DNA of 64,000 nucleotides from positions 1,302,001 through 1,366,000 of the forward strand of contig BQFW01000002.1 in NCBI GenBank assembly GCA_020891255.1. Reading direction: 5' to 3'. The notes below the pieces were generated by a model. The model searched no databases, was not told where the DNA came from, and saw nothing but the letters and a program-made list of their open reading frames with translations. The DNA comes from Entomortierella parvispora E1425. Its lineage: Eukaryota > Fungi > Mortierellomycota. Of the stretch, positions 50,359 to 63,317 are shown piece by piece (position 1 is the stretch's first letter; the number at the start of each line of letters is the position of its first letter). Position numbers and translations under genes: made by a program.

Positions 50359-51315
50359 TAGGTTGCATTCAAACATGGAATCGCTAAAGAACAAGGAGGG
50401 GATGTGCCATCCAACCGCTCTGGAGAACACAAAGCCCATCAACATGCGGACGGCCATAACCAGGCCCATCACGATCAGACAGAGGTTTCTAAAAATCCGA
50501 GATCCATTGAGGTGAAACGCGACCGTCAAATGGTCCTCAAACAGGGCCAGGGACATTAAATTGGTAGCAGCGAGTACGAAAGCTGTTGCTGCGTTGCCGA
50601 TCTGGGCAGCGCTCAAGAGCGCAGGCGTCAATGGGATGACAAAAGGCGAGACCAAGAGCGACAGGTATTCCATCGAGAAGATGATATGAGACGGCGAGGT
50701 GCAGTGGGCCGGGAACTTTCCGCCCAAACCGACCGCAGTGAAGATAACAGTGAGAGCCAACACTGTCCCTGTTACGGGTTGCACAAGCAATGAGGATATT
50801 GATGGCGAGGCGTTGCCAGAGTTGTTGGTGTTGTTGTTGTTGTTGTTGTTGACGCTGTTGTTGTTGCTAGAAATGTTGTTGACACTGTTTCCATTACCGT
50901 TAATAATGTTGATATTCGTGGTGGATTGAGGGGGTTGGTATGGAAAGTAGGAGGAGGAGGAGGAGGAGTGTGGAGAGGACGAGAGAGAGCCGGGCGAGTT
51001 CATGGTGACAATGGTGCTGACGGGCGGTGTAGAGGGTGCAGAAGAGATCGAGGTCGAGGAGGCAAAGGTCTTTAGCTGGTAGGCGGTTGGCGAGTGCGGT
51101 GGGGTGGGGACACTCATTGTGCCGGGGTGGTTCATGGCAGGAGAGGCCGGGCGGGAACCCGGGGCAGAGGATATTGAGGAGGCATAGGAGGATGAATGTG
51201 AGTGTGAAGAGGAGATGGCCGAGTGAGGGGCCAGGTGGTGGGCAGAGAGGGCAGAGTGGAGCTGCTGGCTGATATTCCTCTGCTGCGGGGCAGAGGAAGG
51301 AGCAGTGGCGACCAT
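50359..51315 (-). CDS. Membrane-protein exon (Ser/His/Asn-rich N-terminus plus about 4 TM segments); 3' continuation unresolved
   Basis: MVATAPSS... start at 51315; hydrophobic helices; GTAAGA donor at ~50358. Confidence 0.6.
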
Positions 51316-51825
51316 GGCAGCCGGTGCTGAGTGAGTATGTGAAGAAGAAGAAGAGTACGGAGAAGTGGAGAGAATGAGAGAATGAGAGAATGAATGAGAG
51401 AAGGGAGAGGAATGCAAATAGATGAAAAAAGGGATGAAGAGTGAGCGATGAGAGAAAGAAGAGGAGCAGAAGGAGGAGAGTGAAGGATGAAGAAGATGAG
51501 GGAGGAGAAGAAGAGAGAGGAAGTGGTCGTCTACGGCTGAAGAGGAGAAGAGGAGAAGAAGAAGAAGAAGAAGAAGAAGAAGAAGAGGGTCAGTTTTGTT
51601 CAATTCATCTGAATTCATTCATGGTTGAAGATGAGAGGGAGAGGAGAGAATAGAGACACAGACAGACAGAGAACGGTGCTTTGCCTGCTCCGTTTTTTTC
51701 TTTTTTCTTTTCTTTTTTTTTTTTCTTTTCTCTTTGTCCTCTTTCTTTTTCTTTCTTCTAGCTGAATACGTTGGGAATGGGGATGATGAGGACAATGTCT
51801 ATCCATTCATCCCTGTCCCTGGGTC

Positions 51826-51899
51826 CTGTTGTCCTTTGTTGACCTCTGTTGTCCTTTGTTGACCTCTGTTGTCCTTTGTTGACCTCTGTTGTCCTTTGT
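51826..51899. repeat. 20-bp minisatellite, about 3.7 copies (CTGTTGTCCTTTGTTGACCT)
   Basis: Exact tandem copies visible at 51826-51899. Confidence 0.92.
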
Positions 51900-53871
51900 C
51901 CTTGTTGCGAATAGAGTGTTGTGGGCACAAGGACTGAATGGCAGATACGAAGACTGTTGCAACTTTGTGGCCGTCCACTGCAACCGCACGCCTGCATGGA
52001 CAATGCCAACGCATCTGGATATCCTGCAACTCGCCTATCCAGCATGGTCGTCTGAGTGAGGGGATGGAAGAAGGGGAAGGGGAAGGAATAAAAGGCTGTT
52101 CCTCCCTGGTTGCAGGAGGTGGTGCCAATGTGCTCGCCGTAGTCGTCGTCGCTGTTGTCGGTATTCGGCCGTCGTCTGTCGTCGTGGGGGGTGGAGGGGA
52201 CAAGGGGGAAGGGGTAAGATGGAGCCCAAGGGTTACCTGGAAGCGAGAATGGAGTGTGCAGTGCAGAAGAACAAGAGAGCAAGCAGCGAAAAGGAAGGAA
52301 GGAAGTAAGGGGAGTAAGTGAAGGGGGGGGAGATGAGATGAGAGCGAGTGGGTGGTGGGTGAAGAGAGAGAGAAAGAGAAAGAGGAGGTCAAGGAAGGAC
52401 AAAGAGATGGAAGACAAGAGGCAAGGGCACAAGGCAAAGACAGTTGTTATGGTTGGAGGAGAAAGAAAAAGAAAAAAACGTCAAGGTGAGCCCTGTCGGC
52501 CCCTCTCTTCCCATGCGCTGTTTTCCGAGTGAATTGGCACAGAAACCCATAGTCCGATTCGCTTCTTTCTCTCTTTTTCTCTCTTCTCACCTATTCCTTC
52601 TTCATTCTTCTTCTCCCTGTCCTGAGTGGCCGACAAGAACAAAAGAACGGGGCCTGAGAGGCCCCACCGAACGGCCCTCACCTGGCTTCGTCCGTGGGGA
52701 TTGGCCCTGTTTGGTGCTGATTCCAACTTTTTTTTTTCTTTATTTTATTTTAATTTTCCGAGCTGAATTGTCCCTGGACGGAACACGAGCCTGGCTCTGA
52801 GCTAGGCCAAGGCCAGGCCATGCCCGGGGCTCTCATCCTCTTTTCCCTTGATAAGTTTGAAAGTTTGCTGTCAAGGTTCCACCGAAGTTTGACCTTTGTG
52901 CTTTCGCCGTGTGTGTGTTATCTCCTTCGCGCCCAGCGATCAACTCTTTATTTTTTTTTGTTCATTCCCAGCCAACAATGCATGCACGTAATGTACAGTA
53001 CCCTGTTGCCTCTTTCATCGTGCTCTGTTTCTCTTGTCTTTCGCCTCTCTCTCTATCTCTCTCTGGCACGCCCTGCCTGTGCTCTCTTCCATCCTTAGCT
53101 TCTGGCAGTGATGCAACATCTGCACTACTTTTCTTGTTCAAGAGCACGTCTTGCCTTTGAAAGTGTCCACGCGCCATTTTGCCACTGCTCTCTCGTACCA
53201 TCTTCACATTGCTATCTTGACTAACTGCTCACAACAAACATGGTCAACAAATGGTTCCAACTCTAGCAACAAGAGATCAATTTTTTTTTTATTTTGAGAG
53301 CGGTGAAAGAGTTTGCAACGTCCTCGACTCGAGGGTCTCTTGTTTGAAACTGGATTTACGAAACTAGTCTCTTGATAGTCCAGGGGCACTAAAAAGAAAG
53401 TAAAATCCCTTTGGTAAAAAAAAAGTGTCGTCATGGTGAGGTGAATTGCTGTCGCCGTCGCCGTCGCATTCTTATTCTTAGACAGATTGTCTAGTTAGCC
53501 TTGTCAATACATTCCTAGCTCGGGATGACAAGCCTCCCAAGCCCATCAGCCTTGGGTGCAAGAACAAAAGAACCATCAACAATGCAAACAATACATGAAA
53601 ACGATGGACAATGAAAAAAGCACAGACAGCAAAAAGTTCAAGAATAGATTTTGATTTGACCGTTGAGGCACATCCATTTTGCCCAGATTCGGATTGGCCC
53701 AATGGACTTACTGTAATGTCATTTCCCCCACCCCCAGCTGGAGGTCCACGCGGTTTGCCACGCCCTTGCTGCTGTGTTTCCCTGCACCACTCCCACTCGC
53801 CCCCCTCGCCTTCTTCCTCATCACATAATCAAAATGACCCGATGGACATAATAAAACAAGGCTGTTCTTTA

Positions 53872-55485
53872 TTACATGTCTTCCGTGCTCCACATGTGAG
53901 CCTCCATCGCGCTGTGCTTCTTTGCATTCATTCGCTACAAGAGAAAAAAAAAGCAGTTATTGCAAATGAAGAGTACGAGTTAGCTTGGTTTCCATTATGT
54001 GCACTTGCAAAAGATATAAAACACTACGAAAGAAATTACCTGGAAATAATCCTTCTCGAAGCCAGTGGAGCGATCGACTCCATCCCAGCGATAGCCTGGC
54101 CGGATGTTGAACCGGTTGGGTGGGAACGATCCCTGGTATTGTGGGTATTTCGGTGCAGATTTCTTTGACTTTTTCACTCCTGTCAAGAAGCGCGCGGCAG
54201 GGTCATTCCAACGCTCTCGGTCCTTGAGTTCCTCGTTCAAATCCTCGTCGTCCTTGTAGCGGGCCAAGGGCTTGAGCTTTTCCTCTTCTTCCCGCTTCTT
54301 TCGTTCCTGTTCTTCCTCGCGCTGTACAAGACCCCTGCCCCACTCCATCATCTTTTCTTGCTTCTCCAGCTCTTTCTTGGCGGCCGCGGCCTTTTCAATC
54401 TTTTCCTGGACACGGTCAATTTTACGACCTTGAGCATCACGGTAAACGGTCTCTGCATCACGTCCACTCTTGGCAGGATCCAAAGCGCGCATGCGTGCTT
54501 CTTCTTCTCTCCTTTTCCGCTCCAGCTCCCGTCTTCCTTCCTGTGCTGTCTGAAGTCCCACCACAGGCCGGATGGGCTCTAGAGATGGCGAGCGGGAGCG
54601 AGATCTCGAGGGCGATCGGTTCCGTCTCTTGGGAGAAGGCGATCTTGGGGAGAAGGACCGTTGGCGAGACCTGGATGCGTAGGGTGAAGGTGATCTGCTG
54701 GACCTCTGTCTTTGATTCCGTGATGACCAGGGTGAGGGAGATCTGGACCTGTTTCTCTTTCGTCCTTCTGGAGAAAACGACCTCTGACGTTGCCCTTCCT
54801 GTTTCGTTGGCGGTGAGGTTGCCCTCCACTTTTCTACTGGTTTCGAGCTCTTTTTGACAGGGTTCCTGAGGCGTGCTGATGTTTCGCTTTCTACCACTAT
54901 TGACATTACCGATATTGAAAAGGAGGGATATCCAGTTAGTGTCCATGGCGCTACTCTTGCTCTTGTCCAGTATATATATATAAAAGACTAGAAGCTCTTA
55001 CCAATGCCTGCAATAGCAGGACGTTCATCCTCATTATCGACATCGTCCCATTCGGGCACATGGTTTCTCTGAGGTTGCTGTGGTTCCTGCGGCTCCCCTT
55101 CCCGAACAGTCTCCCAGTTACTCGAGTTTGATTTGTATGCAGGAGCCTTCTTTTCCTCTACTGCTGGTACTATTCAGAAACAAAGAAACAAAATAGAGTG
55201 TTAGAGACCATGACGGCGCTCAAGGGTCACGTCATACAGCCAAAATGAAATGAAGGGGAAGGCTATAATAAAAACTACGTTACAGTAGTCGTCCTCTGAT
55301 TCTGAAGCGGGATTGTTCCAAGAGACTTCATCCTCGTCATGGATAGCAAAGTTGCCCTTGCGGACGGTGGTCTTTGCCGAGGACGAAGACTTTTTCTTTT
55401 TGGATTTCTTTTTCCGGTAGTCGTCTGTGGATGAGGATGAGGGTTTTGACATGTATTTGCTGAGATAGTCCTTTGTTGACGACAT
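53872..55485 (-). CDS. BUD13: RES-complex splicing factor Bud13/Cwc26
   Basis: MSSTKDYLSKYM; RS-rich middle; ETVYRDAQGRKID; WGRGLVQ; RWNDPAARFL; NRFNIRPGYRWDGVDRSTGFE; last exon HMWSTEDM*. Confidence 0.96.
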
Positions 55486-56350
55486 GATGCTGATGCTGCT
55501 GATGCTGCTGCTGCTGTTCCTGCTCCCTGGGTGATCTGCAATGACTGTTGGTGGCTATAGGCAACAAGGTGAATGAACAATGCACAATAAATAATCCAGC
55601 ATGACCCGCAACACACCCACCCACCCACCATCCACGCACGCGAGTCCCTGCATGGAATCAACGAATGGGGAGTGTGCTGTGCCCACGTCTGTCTGGAGTG
55701 TGCTAAGCCACCGGGCCCGATTGTTCTTTTTTCAGATTTGGGACAGGATGGCCATGTGTGTGTTTTTGTGTTTATCGACCCTTTTTTTCTCTTTTCTTTT
55801 TTTTTTTTAGCATCCTTTGAGGCCGTGTCTGTTGTTAGGAGAGGATATAGCAGTAAGACCCGTCAAGTGGCATGGGGCACCAATGGTAAAGGTAACGGTA
55901 GAGCAAAAGGTATTTTTGTAACAGGTCCAAGATCGTTCACGACTCGTGCAAGAGAAACAGGAGAGAGGGAGTGAGTGAGAGAGTGAAAGAACCAAAGAGG
56001 AAACGGAAAAAAGGGTTCAGCCCTTCTGGATCGAGTCCCGCTGCAGCGTTGCAATATTGCACCGAAATTACACCCAGGGATGCACCAAAAACTGAGCTCG
56101 TTCGTTTGAGGTACACCCACTGCGCCTGTGCTTTCCTCACCTCCCCGGTTCTCTTTCTTGCTCGTCCCTCTTTTTCCTTCTTTCTTCATTCCCCTCTCTT
56201 TACCTCTTCACTCGTCCATTCTTTGCCCCTCTTGCTCTCTGTCCTTTTTGTTGTCACGTCTCGTCCATCTTCAATTGATATATTCCTTTTACCCCTGTAT
56301 CGAAAAAAAAAAAAAAAAAGTCGTCTCCGCTTGCACTACAGCACTACATA

Positions 56351-58134
56351 ATGCGCTCCTCTTTCACCCTCGCAGCCACGACTGTCCTCGTCGCCTCCTC
56401 CCTCTTCATGGCCAGCAGCGTCGAGGCCCAGCAGCTCTGCAACGGATATGCAGCGCTCTGCTCTAAGCAATACAGCCAGGTCGCCTATGCCACCACCCAC
56501 AACGCCTACGCTTTCACGCCTGCGGGTTCTCGCCCTGCCCTGGCTGCCAACCAGGACAATAACATCACCACGCAGCTCAAAGATGGCATTCGCGCCCTCA
56601 TGCTCGATGCCTACAATGTCCCCTCGGGCAACCCCGATGACATTGAGCTCTGCCACACCTCGTGTAAGAAATGGAGACAGCTCCTTTTCCACATCCCCTT
56701 CATCCCGCTCTCTTTTTTTTTTGTTTGTTTATTCGACAGAAACAGCCTGGGCGGCTCTTCTCTGCTCTTTGTTTTCTCGTTCCTGCTTCTGTTCAGTTTT
56801 GCATCCCCACTCAAGAGCAACACAGCCCTTTGAAAAATGACAACCTGCCATTTACCAACACGCCACATTCTCGCCCCACCTGCACTGTCAATTGCTCTGT
56901 ATCGCTAATCGTCGCCTACTTTTTGCCTGTCTGGTTATTTTTAGGCACCCTCTTTGATGGTGGTCTTTTGTCTACGACTCTGGCCGAGATCAAGACTTTT
57001 ATGGAAGCGAACCCCAACGAAGTCATTACCATCTTTTGGGAGAATGCTGGCAACCTCACCCCAGCTCACTTTCAGGTACAGTTTGTCAAGAGGAAAAGAA
57101 GAAGAAAATGAAAATGAAAAGGAACGACGAGAAAGATGGAAGGAACAAAGTAGACCCTCACTGTGCCTCGTTGTTTTTCTTCTTGCTGTTGATATGTTTA
57201 CCGTTTTGTCCTTGTCCTGCATCCCTCAACTCCTTTATTTTCGGACCTTTTTTTTTTTTGTTTTTATATAGATTGTTTACCAAGCGGCTGGCATGGTGGA
57301 TTATTCATACACTCAACCCGTTGGTAACAACACCTGGCCTACCTTGGCCGAGATGATCTCGAGCGGGAAGCGTCTTGTCAGCTATCTGGATGACGGTGCC
57401 GATGCCTCGGTTCCATGGTAAGAACAAAAATCAAAAACTAAAAAACATATGAGACCCGGGAGAGCAGGAGTAGGAGGGGGGATATCGTTTATCCACTTAT
57501 CCACTCGTGATAACACCCTTCTCCACAGCCCTGGATCGAGATGATCCAGGCCAGACGCACGCGCAGTTGTGGCGCAGAACAGGAGGGAAACCAAAAACAG
57601 CAATGCAATGTTTCGTACATTAATTGCGCCCCTGTTTTTTTTTTTTTTTTTTTTTTTTTCGCTCCACCTAGGCTGATGGCCGAGTACGACTTTATCTTTG
57701 AGACGCCCTATGCGATCCCCACAGGAGGACCTTACCTTTGCACAGTTGACCGTCCTAGGGATCAGCGCAAGTCGATGTATGTGCTCAACCACTTTGTCTC
57801 TGGCAATTTGACATTGGATGGCGTTGTGGTCGATATCCCCCAGCCTGGAGCAGCCTTGCAGACCAACGGAGCAGCTCTGGTCTCGCACGTCAACAACTGT
57901 ACGCAAGTCTTTAGCCAGAGTGCCAGTTTTATTGCTGTGGACTTTTATGAGAAGGGCTCGGTGATGCAGACGGTTGCCCAGGTGAACGGAGTCACGTTCA
58001 ATGGTATCTTGCCAACCCAGCCCACAAACTCGACCAGCGGCGCGTCTTCTACCACCCCACACATGGGAGGATTCTCCAAGGAGTCTGTCGCCATGGCAGT
58101 GGCAGCCGTCTTTATGGCTGTCATGGCTCTTTAG
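56351..58134 (+). CDS. Secreted, GPI-type PI-PLC X-domain-like phosphodiesterase
   Basis: Signal peptide; LCNGYAALCSKQYSQVAYATTHNAYA; QLKDGIRALMLD; NPNEVITIFWEN; SFIAVDFY; hydrophobic C-terminal tail; four introns. Confidence 0.9.
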
Positions 58135-59094
58135 ATTTCTGTTAGAGATGAGATGAAACTGCGCCTGCAAAAAAAGAATGCACGTTGCAGAGATACCACA
58201 CCTCAGCCGCTTTTTTAACCCCACGCCTTTACGCCACTCATGTATATAAAATAAAAAAAAAGTTCTTGCTACCCTTTTTATGACGAAGGTGCCTTTCCCC
58301 TCCTTTGGAGGATTGTACGAGCCGTGGGCCAGTTCAGTGGTACCTGCAGGTTCGCAATCCTCCGCTTTCTCCGTTGCAAAAGGAGAGTCAATGGCCTCCA
58401 AGTAGACACCTCCGTGACCCGCGCAAAGTATCAACTGTTTCTTACATCCAGCTTTTGAAACATGCTTCCTTGGTCTTGCGGGTTTGCGCTTTGGGATCGT
58501 TTCTCTATCTCCCATTCTCCCTCTCTATTTGACTCTGACTCTCCCACTCTCTCTCTCTCTCTCCCTCTCCTCTCGTTCTCTTTGCCTTTCTTGCTCTCTG
58601 TGTCACTGTGGCTGCATTGCTGCCTTCAACACACCAACAACACATGGCCAAACAAATCACCCAGCCCTGAAATTACACAAATTACGACAACCGTGCCCTG
58701 GGATGGATCAATCCCCGGGGTTGAACACAAATGTCTGTGCGGCGATCGACGCGCACTATCCGTAGTGAGGATGAATGTCATCTAGGAAACGCGTCCCTTT
58801 CCTTTCGTTCTTGGTTCTCCCTGGAGTGATCAGTGCTTGGAAAAAGGAGGAGGGAAAATGAGGAGAGAAAAGGAGGGAGAGGATAACTATATAAAGCTCT
58901 CTTTCTGACTTTCTTCATTTCAAGGATCCAATGAACCTCCTGATCTCACATTGACACGACCTGTCCGGACCTGTGTGCCATGCTCACCGTTCATCATCGA
59001 AAAAGCGTGGTCAGCAAGGCTTCGAGAGGCGTCGATGCCGAGTCTGTTATCGGGGCTATTGAGGTGAACCAAAGAGCAGACAACAAGACGGACG

Positions 59095-59133
<39 letters not shown>

Positions 59134-59940
59134 GCGGCAAAATAATAACAAAAAAAAAAAAAAAAAAACAAAAAAAAACGAAAAGAGACGACCCCGTTAT
59201 TGATGAGAGGCAGAGTAATCCGTTGTATGCACGACTCATCCCATAAGAAAACACACACATGCAATCGAAACGAAGATTTTCTGTAAAGGGCTTACTGATA
59301 CTCTTGGGCACCTCTTTTCTTTCTTTTCCTTTCCCCTTCTTCCTCAGGAGTTGTTGCCCGACCGAGGCCAAAAAAAGAGACTGGACCATTCATTTCACAT
59401 GGAGGTTTTTTTTTATTTTTTAAAGGACAGGCAGAGTCCACCAACACCGAACATGGTCGACCCAACAGTGTCAACACCCAAGTCGTTTTGGGCACCCCCG
59501 GCTCCCTTTCCCTCGCAGACTCCCTCTTCCTATCGCCACCTTCTCTCTTTCTCTCTCTCTCTTTTTTTTCTTTCCTCAAGAAATATAAACGACGCGTCCG
59601 GGACTCCATCCCCTTGTTCTTCACTTTTACCTTTTCTTCCCTTTTTCTCTCCCCCTGGTCGCTTTTCCTTCTCCTGGTACCCGCTTTCGTAACTTTTTAC
59701 AACCAACCCATTTCAGCAGTTCACTCTCTTTCCTCTCTTTTCGAATCACACGACCATTTTTTGTCTTCTCTTTCTCTCTCTCCTTTACCTTCCTCTTCCC
59801 CTTCTTCCCGCTAGTCTCCTCCGCCCCCCAGCACATCTGTCATCCTTCTACGAAACAAAGCCCCACACCCATATAGTGCTGATATCTCTCTAGAGCACAA
59901 TACACAAGAGACAAGAACTTCACATACACACATACACGCC

Positions 59941-61048
59941 ATGCACATTCTCTCGTCCACATACGCGATCGTCGCGTTCACGACCCTCTCCACAGTCCTG
60001 CAAATGGGCCCCTCTCACTCTGCCATCACTGGGGTCGAGGCTCATTCATGGTTGGATTGTGTCAATTGGGTCATCAAAAACCCAAGCAAAGGCCTCTGGG
60101 TCGCTGGGGCTGGAGAATGCAGAGGGTTTGCCCGTCGGTACCCCAAAGGGAGCGAGTTTGGGACCTTGGACCATGCCAGCCCCTCTCGTCATTATCAACA
60201 AAAGGGCCCGCATCCCGAGAAGGAGCTGCCTTGTTCTGATCACAAACACGGTCAGGATGTCGGCGCAGACGAAACAAGGGGTAACCCGGTCTCGTCTGCC
60301 TATGGTGGTAAATGGGGCGAGATGACGACGGTCCTCGTGGGGGATGAACTCTGTGTGCGATGGCCGGCCAAGAACCACGCCGAGAAGAATGAAGACAACA
60401 CCGTCGTTCAAATCAATCTCTCCAAAAACAAGGATGGCAAGGACCCCACCCAATTGCAATTGTTGGAGAACACGATCGCGAAATTGCCTTACAAGAACTG
60501 CAGTTCGGCCAGTACTCCGGACAGACGGCCCTGCGGTGGTTGTTTCAAGGTCCCTCCCCGGCTTTCGGGTATTTATCTCCTGCAATGGCGATGGATGTTG
60601 AACCCAGGCGAGTGGTACACCTCTTGCGCGGTAAGTGACACGAGAAAGAAAGGAGGAAAGGGGATCGGAGAATAGGAGGGATAAAATGAAGGAAGACCTT
60701 GACTGACATGGACGTGTTTTCTTCCTTGCCTTCCTTTGCTTTTATCGCTTTTAGGATATTCAAATCGGCAACAGTGCGTCTGGCTCCAGCGGTGTAGGCC
60801 AGATAGAGCCCATTGTCGACAATGGCAGTGACGATAACGGTGGCAATTCGTCGTCGTCGGACGATGACGACCACAAGCAAGATGATGATGACAACAAGAA
60901 AAAGAAAAAGAACCATGACGACGACAAGGACGACGACGATGAGGACGACAAGAAAAAGAAAAAGAAGCACCATGACGACGACAACGATGACGATGATGAG
61001 GACGATGACGACCATCATGGCAAAGACAAGAAACACAAGCATCATTAA
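59941..61048 (+). CDS. Secreted LPMO-like (His-brace) protein, paralog 1, with Asp/Lys/His-rich tail
   Basis: Signal peptide ending VEA|HSWLDC (His codon 60043); WPAKNH (His codon 60376); YLLQWRW; EWYTSCA|DIQI across GT-AG intron 60631-60754; stop at 61046-61048. Confidence 0.75.
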
Positions 61049-61230
61049 GATCTCTACACCTACTTTTATACTATGATATTTTTTTTTCTCCCCCACATAC
61101 TCTTTTCATGAGCACAGACCTTTATCGCATCCTACACCCTTCTCCCCACCTCCCCTTCCTCCCAAATGGGCCATCCCATCAGTGTAATTTGGCAGTTTGA
61201 ATTCATTTTTTCATGTTCATAACGTAGCAG

Positions 61231-61261
61231 AAGGGCCTGCATTGCCACAGTGCAGGCCCTT
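61231..61261. other. Perfect 11-bp hairpin about 180 bp downstream of paralog 1
   Basis: AAGGGCCTGCA-TTGCCACAG-TGCAGGCCCTT. Confidence 0.6.
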
Positions 61262-61335
61262 TAATCATTCTTCATCATAAAGCATTTTCTCGTTGATTTC
61301 ACCCTCTGCTGACTCTCCTCTCTGGCACTTTTCTT

Positions 61336-61379
<44 letters not shown>

Positions 61380-63317
61380 CAACTTCTCGAATGAAGGAGA
61401 ACAAGGGCAGGGCCAAATCCAATTGCTCTTAAGCTAGAGACCACCTCGACCTGGCTAAGCGCAAACTATTTACCCAGCACCTGTCGCCGTTTGACAAAAG
61501 CGCTGTTCCCGAGGAGAAGAAGGCTAGGAGAGCACCTTTTTTTTTTCTTGGATCTGAGAGCATTCACAAACAAGTTTTTTTGTCCGTTTAGGCACCCCTC
61601 CTTCTCCGGGGTTTGTCCAAACCTTGTGGAGTTGTGCTCCTGTTGACAATTTATTGTGGCCATTTCTTTTGTTGTTTTTTTTCTCCCTCTTTTCGTGATC
61701 TCCTTCTCCTTCTCCTTTCCGCTGCTTCCATTGTGAGGGAGAAGAGGGGCCTTGCTTATTTGCCTCGACAGCTGAGAGCCTTGAACTAGGGATGAAAAAA
61801 ATAAAATAATAACAGATGTTGACCATCACCATTACCTTCTCGTCTGACCTGCCAACACTTCCGTTCGTGGAGCACATTGACCTGTGGGCACTCGACGAGT
61901 CGAGATAACAACAAAAAGGTGGGGAAGGCGAAATGAGGGGTGTGGAAATAGCCCGAAGGGGGGGAGGGTATCACGGTAGGCAGGAAACGGAGGAATGTGC
62001 GCCGTGCCAAATGAACGCCAGAACCACCCTGCTATTGTAGTTTTTCCAGGAGATTTGAATCCACGATCGTTTAGAAAGATCGACTTGATTAATTGGTCTT
62101 AAGGATGTCCCGGATACTGGGTCCATCTCTCCACGCAACTCCGGCCATGGCTTACAGCAGCACTGACCGAGGTCATTGGAGGCCAATGCTCTCTGCTTGC
62201 TCGCCGTTATCTTTTATATAAGCCGAGACCACTAGAGATGAGCAAGTTTGTGAGTGGGACAGACATGCGAAAGTGGATTGAGACACTAATAATTAACGGC
62301 AGAAAACAGGTGTTCGGTTTCTTGCTGCACGGAATCTCCATAGTGCTGCAATCCGACAGTGGCAAAGGGATCTCCGCCAAGGCCGGCGTTCATGTTGGGG
62401 AAAGGAGTGGGCGTACAAGCTAGAGGACATGGACAATAAATAGACATAAGACTATGTCGTAGGGATACAAAGAGGCAGAGACTCGTACCGTTGAGGTAGG
62501 AGATTGACTGCAGACACACTTGCATCCATCTAAAAACACTCGACCCAAGTACAAGGTCCAGACTCGGCAGATCCTTTCCGCCTTCCAATCAATCGGATGG
62601 ACGAGATGGAGTGTGCTTTTGGGCTTGGACAAGGCGCCGCCCTGGCGGATGCCAGTGGACGACTTGGAAAGTCGGCCATGGGCCAACCACAAGAGAAAGA
62701 AAACGAGGGACAGAGAGAGAGAGAGAGATTGAAGGATAGGGGCCTCTCCGGCAGAAAAGCAGCAGCGGCAGATCCTCAAAGATGCTCACTTTTCTGATAA
62801 AAATAATTGTCCTTGTTTCTCGTCGTTCGATCGACTTCATTTTTTTCTTCTTTTTAGGTCTTGTTCTGTGACCATGTTGTGGATACCGAGAATTAACGTT
62901 TTCTTTCTTTTTCTTTCACAGCTGCTCTCAAAGGTCAATAGGCTAACGAAGAAAGTCTTTTCCCTCCTTCTCTTCACGGCTGTTGTTGCCCTGACACGCT
63001 CAAATGGCCAGCGCCCAACACTAAAGTACTGTAATTTTTACTCGGAGGCACCTGTTGCAGGAGGAATGAATACCCATTCCTCAAGGTTGTCAGTCAATCA
63101 AGAAGAACCTGTCATGTTTGTATAAAAGCTGGCAATGTCGCCAGGCACGCGCGTCTTTCTTTTCTTTTTTCCCCTTGTCAATCCCCCTTCCCCCACACTT
63201 TACCCCTCACGCTACTCGTCTTAGCATACCCACCTCCTCTCACCTCGCCTTCATATCTCACGACCTCCCTCTCATCCCCTCCTCTGCCACCTACCCAAAA
63301 CTCGCGCACAACTCATC

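Noticed and set aside
51758-52437. 212-224-aa minus-strand ORFs
   Set aside because: They are built from low-complexity pyrimidine tracts and the 20-bp minisatellite, and look like UTR or promoter sequence.
60046-61096. Antisense ORFs (179-183 aa) over LPMO-like paralog 1 and over other genes
   Set aside because: They are reverse-strand shadows of biased coding sequence.
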